Below are positions 28,447 to 31,636 of a DNA stretch of 31,636 bases, in pieces. Position numbers and translations under genes: made by a program. Each line of letters starts with the position of its first letter. Positions within the stretch are counted from its first letter, which is position 1. Source of the DNA: Acutalibacteraceae bacterium (GTDB lineage: Bacteria > Bacillota > Clostridia > Oscillospirales > Acutalibacteraceae); NCBI GenBank assembly GCA_045655925.1, contig JAZOQD010000146.1, forward strand, positions 1-31,636, given 5' to 3'. The notes below the pieces were generated by a model that did not search any database, was not told the DNA's origin, and was given only the letters and a program-made list of their open reading frames with translations.

Positions 28447-28499
28447 GAGGGACAATAAGATATTATCTAATAAAAAAGTATGATATGGAGAAATATCTT

Positions 28500-28700
28500 A
28501 TGATTACATTAAACGTAAAGGAATTGTTAGAGAAGAAGGGTAAAACAAAATATTGGCTTTACAAACAGCTCGGTATGAGTTATCAGAATTTCAACAAAAT
28601 GATAAACAATCAAACAAAATCGATAAGATATGAAAATATTGAAACAATGTGCTTGCTTTTTGATTGCACTCCAAACGATTTGTTTAAAATAGAGCTTTAA
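28500..28700 (+). CDS. Xre/Cro-C1 (HTH_26-like) transcriptional regulator, 66 aa
   Basis: LNVKELLEKKGKTKYWLYKQLGMSYQNFNKMINN..KSIRYENIETMC..FDCTPNDLF fits a single-domain Xre HTH. ATG 28500 follows GGAG (the track start of 28485 has no RBS). Confidence 0.85.
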   Translation: MITLNVKELLEKKGKTKYWLYKQLGMSYQNFNKMINNQTKSIRYENIETMCLLFDCTPNDLFKIEL

Positions 28701-28731
28701 AAAACCCGCCTTCATTTGAAGGCGGGTTTTT
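28699..28731. repeat. Terminator hairpin; copy 2 of the 33-bp direct repeat
   Basis: AAAAAACCCGCCTTCATTTGAAGGCGGGTTTTT: 32/33 identical to 28159-28191, offset exactly 540 bp. Confidence 0.9.
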
Positions 28732-29296
28732 AATCTTCAGGCTCTATTATTTTATAGTATGCTCTATAATCCTCGGTCAGTGGTTTTGAAACATCGGTTT
28801 TGTATATGTTCACAATATCGCGACAAATAGATGAAGCATATTCTAAAGTGTTTTTTGTGCCTCCCGATTTCCCGTCAAAAAAGGTAATAACATAGCGGCT
28901 GCGCTCAACCATATATTTATTGCGCTGTGAAAAAGCCCATTTTTCATAACGGTCGTTTAAAACAACAACCTCGTCGGCTTGTTTTGAAAGTGCGTTATAT
29001 CGGGCTTTCCATTCATAGCTCCAGCCTCTTTCCTGACCTTTAAAGGGAATAACGGCGATAAGCTTTATGTCTTTATTGAGTTGTTTTATAAGGGCAACCT
29101 GTTCGGCGGCAATGATATCGAAACCGTTCGCCATTCCTGTATAAAAGGTATTAACCCCATTATTTATGAGCTTTGAAATAGCACCGATAAGGCGGCGCGA
29201 AAAATCATTATATTGAGGGTCGTTTTCGCTTAACGGGAACGGGAATTTATCCGCACGATAACCCGTAAAGCAGCAGCTTTTTTCAATATCGTTCAA
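28730..29296 (-). CDS. DUF1273 / YspA-like SLOG family protein
   Basis: CCFTGYR, FYTGMANGFDIIAAE, AVIPFKGQ, RNKYMVERS, GGTKNT; TTG start after AGGTGAG. Confidence 0.82.
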   Translation of the reverse strand: MNDIEKSCCFTGYRADKFPFPLSENDPQYNDFSRRLIGAISKLINNGVNTFYTGMANGFDIIAAEQVALIKQLNKDIKLIAVIPFKGQERGWSYEWKARYNALSKQADEVVVLNDRYEKWAFSQRNKYMVERSRYVITFFDGKSGGTKNTLEYASSICRDIVNIYKTDVSKPLTEDYRAYYKIIEPED

Positions 29297-29380
29297 AATA
29301 TCTCACCTAATTTCACTAATAAAATAAAGCATAGCCTTATAAAAATAAGGTTTTTTGCGCAACTAAGACAAGAAAAATCG

Positions 29381-29409
29381 TTGACAAAGGAAATTTAAAA
29401 AAGTATAAT
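29381..29409 (+). promoter_or_regulatory. Perfect-consensus sigmaA promoter for the Lrp/AsnC gene
   Basis: TTGACA (29381-29386), 17 nt, TATAAT (29404-29409). Confidence 0.85.
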
Positions 29410-29449
29410 AAAAAATAACAAAGAAAAGAAATTTCGGGAGTGAATAAAG

Positions 29450-29926
29450 ATGGATAAAATAGATTATCGTCTTATAAGTCTTTTGCAGGAGAATGCAAGA
29501 ATGCCGCTAAAACAGTTGGCCGAGCGTGTTTTCCTTTCCTCGCCCGCAACCGCAGCAAGACTGGAGAGGCTTGAAAAAAGTGGAATAATTTCAGGCTATG
29601 GCGTTAAGATTGACCATAAAGCCTTGGGCTTCCCGATAACCGCTTTTATAAACCTGGAGGTCCAACCTCAGCAAAAAGCAACTTTCTATCCTTTTATAAA
29701 GGCTCATCCGAACGTTTTGGAATGCAACTGCGTAACCGGTCATTATTCAATGCTGATTAAGGTTGCCTTTGAAAGCACCGAAGCGCTCGATATCTTTATC
29801 GGTCAACTCCAAACCTTTGGAAGCACTCAGACTCAGATAGTTTTCTCAACCGCAAAAGAGGAAACGAGTGTTGAATTAGAAAAGGTTATTGCAGGAGAGT
29901 ATCCCGAAGTTCCGCAGATGAAATAA
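29450..29926 (+). CDS. Lrp/AsnC family transcriptional regulator
   Basis: MDKIDYRLISLLQENARMPLKQLAERVFLSSPATAARLERLEKSGIISGY HTH; ECNCVTGHYSMLIKV RAM domain. Confidence 0.93.
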   Translation: MDKIDYRLISLLQENARMPLKQLAERVFLSSPATAARLERLEKSGIISGYGVKIDHKALGFPITAFINLEVQPQQKATFYPFIKAHPNVLECNCVTGHYSMLIKVAFESTEALDIFIGQLQTFGSTQTQIVFSTAKEETSVELEKVIAGEYPEVPQMK

Positions 29927-29930
29927 GAAC

Positions 29931-29963
29931 AAAAAGACCTATGCTCAGCATAGGTCTTTTTTT
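29931..29963. terminator. Bidirectional intrinsic terminator between the Lrp gene and the PSP1/ricT gene
   Basis: AAAAAGACCTATGCT-c-AGCATAGGTCTTTTT inverted repeat. Confidence 0.88.
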
Positions 29964-30813
29964 ATGCTTCTTCCGCCTCTGCCTCGGCGGCCTTTTTGCA
30001 ACCACCGCTTTTAATAACAACAACGTCATCGCGGTCAAAAACCTGCGGCGCGCCGTCGGTATTATCCATCTTAACCTTGATTTTTCCCGATAGCAGACTA
30101 ACATCGCAAACGGTTCCTCTGCCTGAGGGGGTATCAACATAAGAGTTGACCCTTGGAGTTATCTTGTTAAGATGCTCGTAAGCCTCCTGCTCATATTTCA
30201 GGCAGCACATAAGTCTGCCGCAGGTGCCTGAAATCTTGGTTGGGTTAAGGGATAAGCCTTGCTCCTTAGCCATTTTAATAGAAACGGGCTGGAAATCGGA
30301 TAAAAAGCGAGAGCAACAGAACGGTTGGCCGCAAAAGCCTAAGCCGCCCATCATTTTTGCCTCATCGCGAACACCAATCTGACGAAGCTCGATTCTTGTA
30401 TGGAAGCTTGCTGCCAAATCCTTAACGAGCTCTCGGAAATCAACTCTGCCGTCAGCAGTAAAGAAGAAAAGGATTTTAGAGCCGTCAAAAGCGATTTCAA
30501 CGCTGACAAGCTTCATCTCAAGCTCGTGCTCGGCAATTTTTTTCTCGCAAACTTCAAATATCTCGCGTTCTTTTGCGCGATTTTCTTTCATTTTTTTAAC
30601 ATCATCATCGGTAGCGGTTCGAACAACCGGCTTTAACTGACCAACAATCTGACTGTCAGGCACAGTATGGTTACCGCTGACAACCTCGCAAATTTCAGTG
30701 CCTCTTGAGGTTGTAACAATAACATAATCGCCAATATTATATTTTTTGTTCTGCGGGTCAAACGAGTAAATTCTACCGTCAGACCTGAACTTAACGCCTA
30801 TAATTTCTACCAT
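29962..30813 (-). CDS. ricT: PSP1-domain / stage 0 sporulation family protein (YaaT/RicT)
   Basis: FFFTADGRVDFRELVKDLA, RIELRQIGVRDE, GFCGQPFCC, ISGTCGRLMCCLKYE; downstream of holB. Confidence 0.9.
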   Translation of the reverse strand: MVEIIGVKFRSDGRIYSFDPQNKKYNIGDYVIVTTSRGTEICEVVSGNHTVPDSQIVGQLKPVVRTATDDDVKKMKENRAKEREIFEVCEKKIAEHELEMKLVSVEIAFDGSKILFFFTADGRVDFRELVKDLAASFHTRIELRQIGVRDEAKMMGGLGFCGQPFCCSRFLSDFQPVSIKMAKEQGLSLNPTKISGTCGRLMCCLKYEQEAYEHLNKITPRVNSYVDTPSGRGTVCDVSLLSGKIKVKMDNTDGAPQVFDRDDVVVIKSGGCKKAAEAEAEEA

Positions 30814-30854
30814 ATATTAACTCCGTTTCAAAGAAGATAAATTCTGTTTTTAAA

Positions 30855-30883
30855 ATTGTATCATAAAATATAAACAATTACAA
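30855..30883 (-). promoter_or_regulatory. Putative sigmaA promoter for ricT (extended -10)
   Basis: Minus strand TTGTAA (30883-30878), 17 nt, TG-n-TACAAT (30860-30855). Confidence 0.6.
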
Positions 30884-30886
30884 GAA

Positions 30887-31636
30887 TTATAGAAGTGCAA
30901 ATATTTCCGCAACAAAATAGGTTATATAAAGCGGTAACGATAGGGGTTGGCCAAGGTGGTCTTTAATAGCCAAACCAAGCTTATCGCAAAAAGCATAAAT
31001 TGCGGCAAGTGAGGAGGATCGAACGCCTACCGGGTTTTTAAAAGCTGTCTGCCTCATCTTTTCGGATAAAACTATGCGGAATTCCTTTAAAAAGGCATTA
31101 AAACCTGCACGGTCCTTTTCATAGGAAAACATCAAAACGGAGGCGCCAAGGCGGTCCTTTTTAACTAGAAACTCCCAAAACGCCAACGCGTCTGCTTTGG
31201 CTTTGTTCTGGTTGCCCTTAAGATATAAAAGAGCCTGACCAATGTTTCCGTTAGAGCTTTCGAGCGAAGAAATAATCGCTTCCTCGTCGGCGTTGGTTTT
31301 TTGCTTAATAAAGGCTGCCGATTCTTGTGTGTCGGGGTTTGTTACCGATAAAGTAACACATCTTGAACGAACAGTCGGAAGAAGAAAAGACGCGCTATGG
31401 CAAATAAGAATAAAAACCATAAATGATGGCGGTTCCTCTAAAACCTTTAAAAAAGCGTTTTGTGCCGAATCGTTCATTTTATCGCAATCGAGCAGAATAT
31501 TAACCTTGCGCTTTGCCTCAATAGGCATAACATAAGCATCGCTTCTAATATCGCGAACAGTATCAACCTTAAAGGTTGCGCCATCGGGCGCATAGGTTAA
31601 AACATCAGAATGAGAGTTGTTTAAAACAAGGGAACA
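30887..31636 (-). CDS. holB: DNA polymerase III subunit delta', 5'-truncated by the window edge
   Basis: The frame stays open past the track's Met (31528) to the window end: C..VLNNSHSDV...FKVDTVRDIRSDAYVMP. Also AQNAFLKVLEEPP and LLPTVRSRC. Confidence 0.9.
   Translation of the reverse strand, partial: CSLVLNNSHSDVLTYAPDGATFKVDTVRDIRSDAYVMPIEAKRKVNILLDCDKMNDSAQNAFLKVLEEPPSFMVFILICHSASFLLPTVRSRCVTLSVTNPDTQESAAFIKQKTNADEEAIISSLESSNGNIGQALLYLKGNQNKAKADALAFWEFLVKKDRLGASVLMFSYEKDRAGFNAFLKEFRIVLSEKMRQTAFKNPVGVRSSSLAAIYAFCDKLGLAIKDHLGQPLSLPLYITYFVAEIFALL

Noticed and set aside
28159-28731. The two 33-bp repeats read as a CRISPR mini-array or IS ends
   Set aside because: There are only two copies, the intervening 507 bp is coding, and no cas or transposase gene is present. 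The repeats are direct and each is a terminator-type hairpin.
29335-29350. Short inverted repeat CCTTAT-aaaa-ATAAGG upstream of the Lrp/AsnC promoter
   Set aside because: Only 6-bp arms in an AT-rich spacer; indistinguishable from chance.
1-31636. rRNA, tRNA, riboswitch, CRISPR, prophage or transposase features
   Set aside because: None were recognised. Intergenic gaps are short and explained by promoters, terminators, parS and oriC. A small ncRNA cannot be excluded without an Infernal/Rfam search.

Overview
This window is the replication-origin region of a spore-forming Firmicute. Protein styles suggest Clostridia, probably Oscillospirales/Ruminococcaceae-like (inference). The core is dnaA-oriC-dnaN-yaaA-recF-remB-gyrB-gyrA on the + strand. 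It carries DnaA boxes, DnaA-trios, and two perfect parS sites next to parA-parB-serS. The rpmH-rnpA-yidC-jag-mnmE-mnmG-rsmG-noc block that usually lies between dnaA and parA is absent. In its place is an 11-kb block: spoVAE, spoVAF-like, spoVB-like, PiT, GH13, M14 peptidase, and a NUDIX-MATE-tcdA-ttcA operon. uvrA runs off the left end and holB runs off the right end. The best novelty candidate is a 540-bp unit right after gyrA. It contains a divergent pair (a 72-aa protein with 10 Cys and a 66-aa Xre-type HTH protein) sharing a 38-bp near-perfect palindrome that lies over a sigmaA-type promoter. The pair is bracketed by a 33-bp direct repeat (32/33 identical) of the gyrA terminator hairpin. 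Other observations: a divergent DnaA DNA-binding domain alongside variant TTATWAACA boxes, GyrB substitutions at drug-contact positions, a Pro directly after the ParA Walker A motif, and a possible ATT start for remB. No rRNA, tRNA, CRISPR array, integrase or transposase was recognised. All homology calls come from motif recognition by eye; no searches were run.
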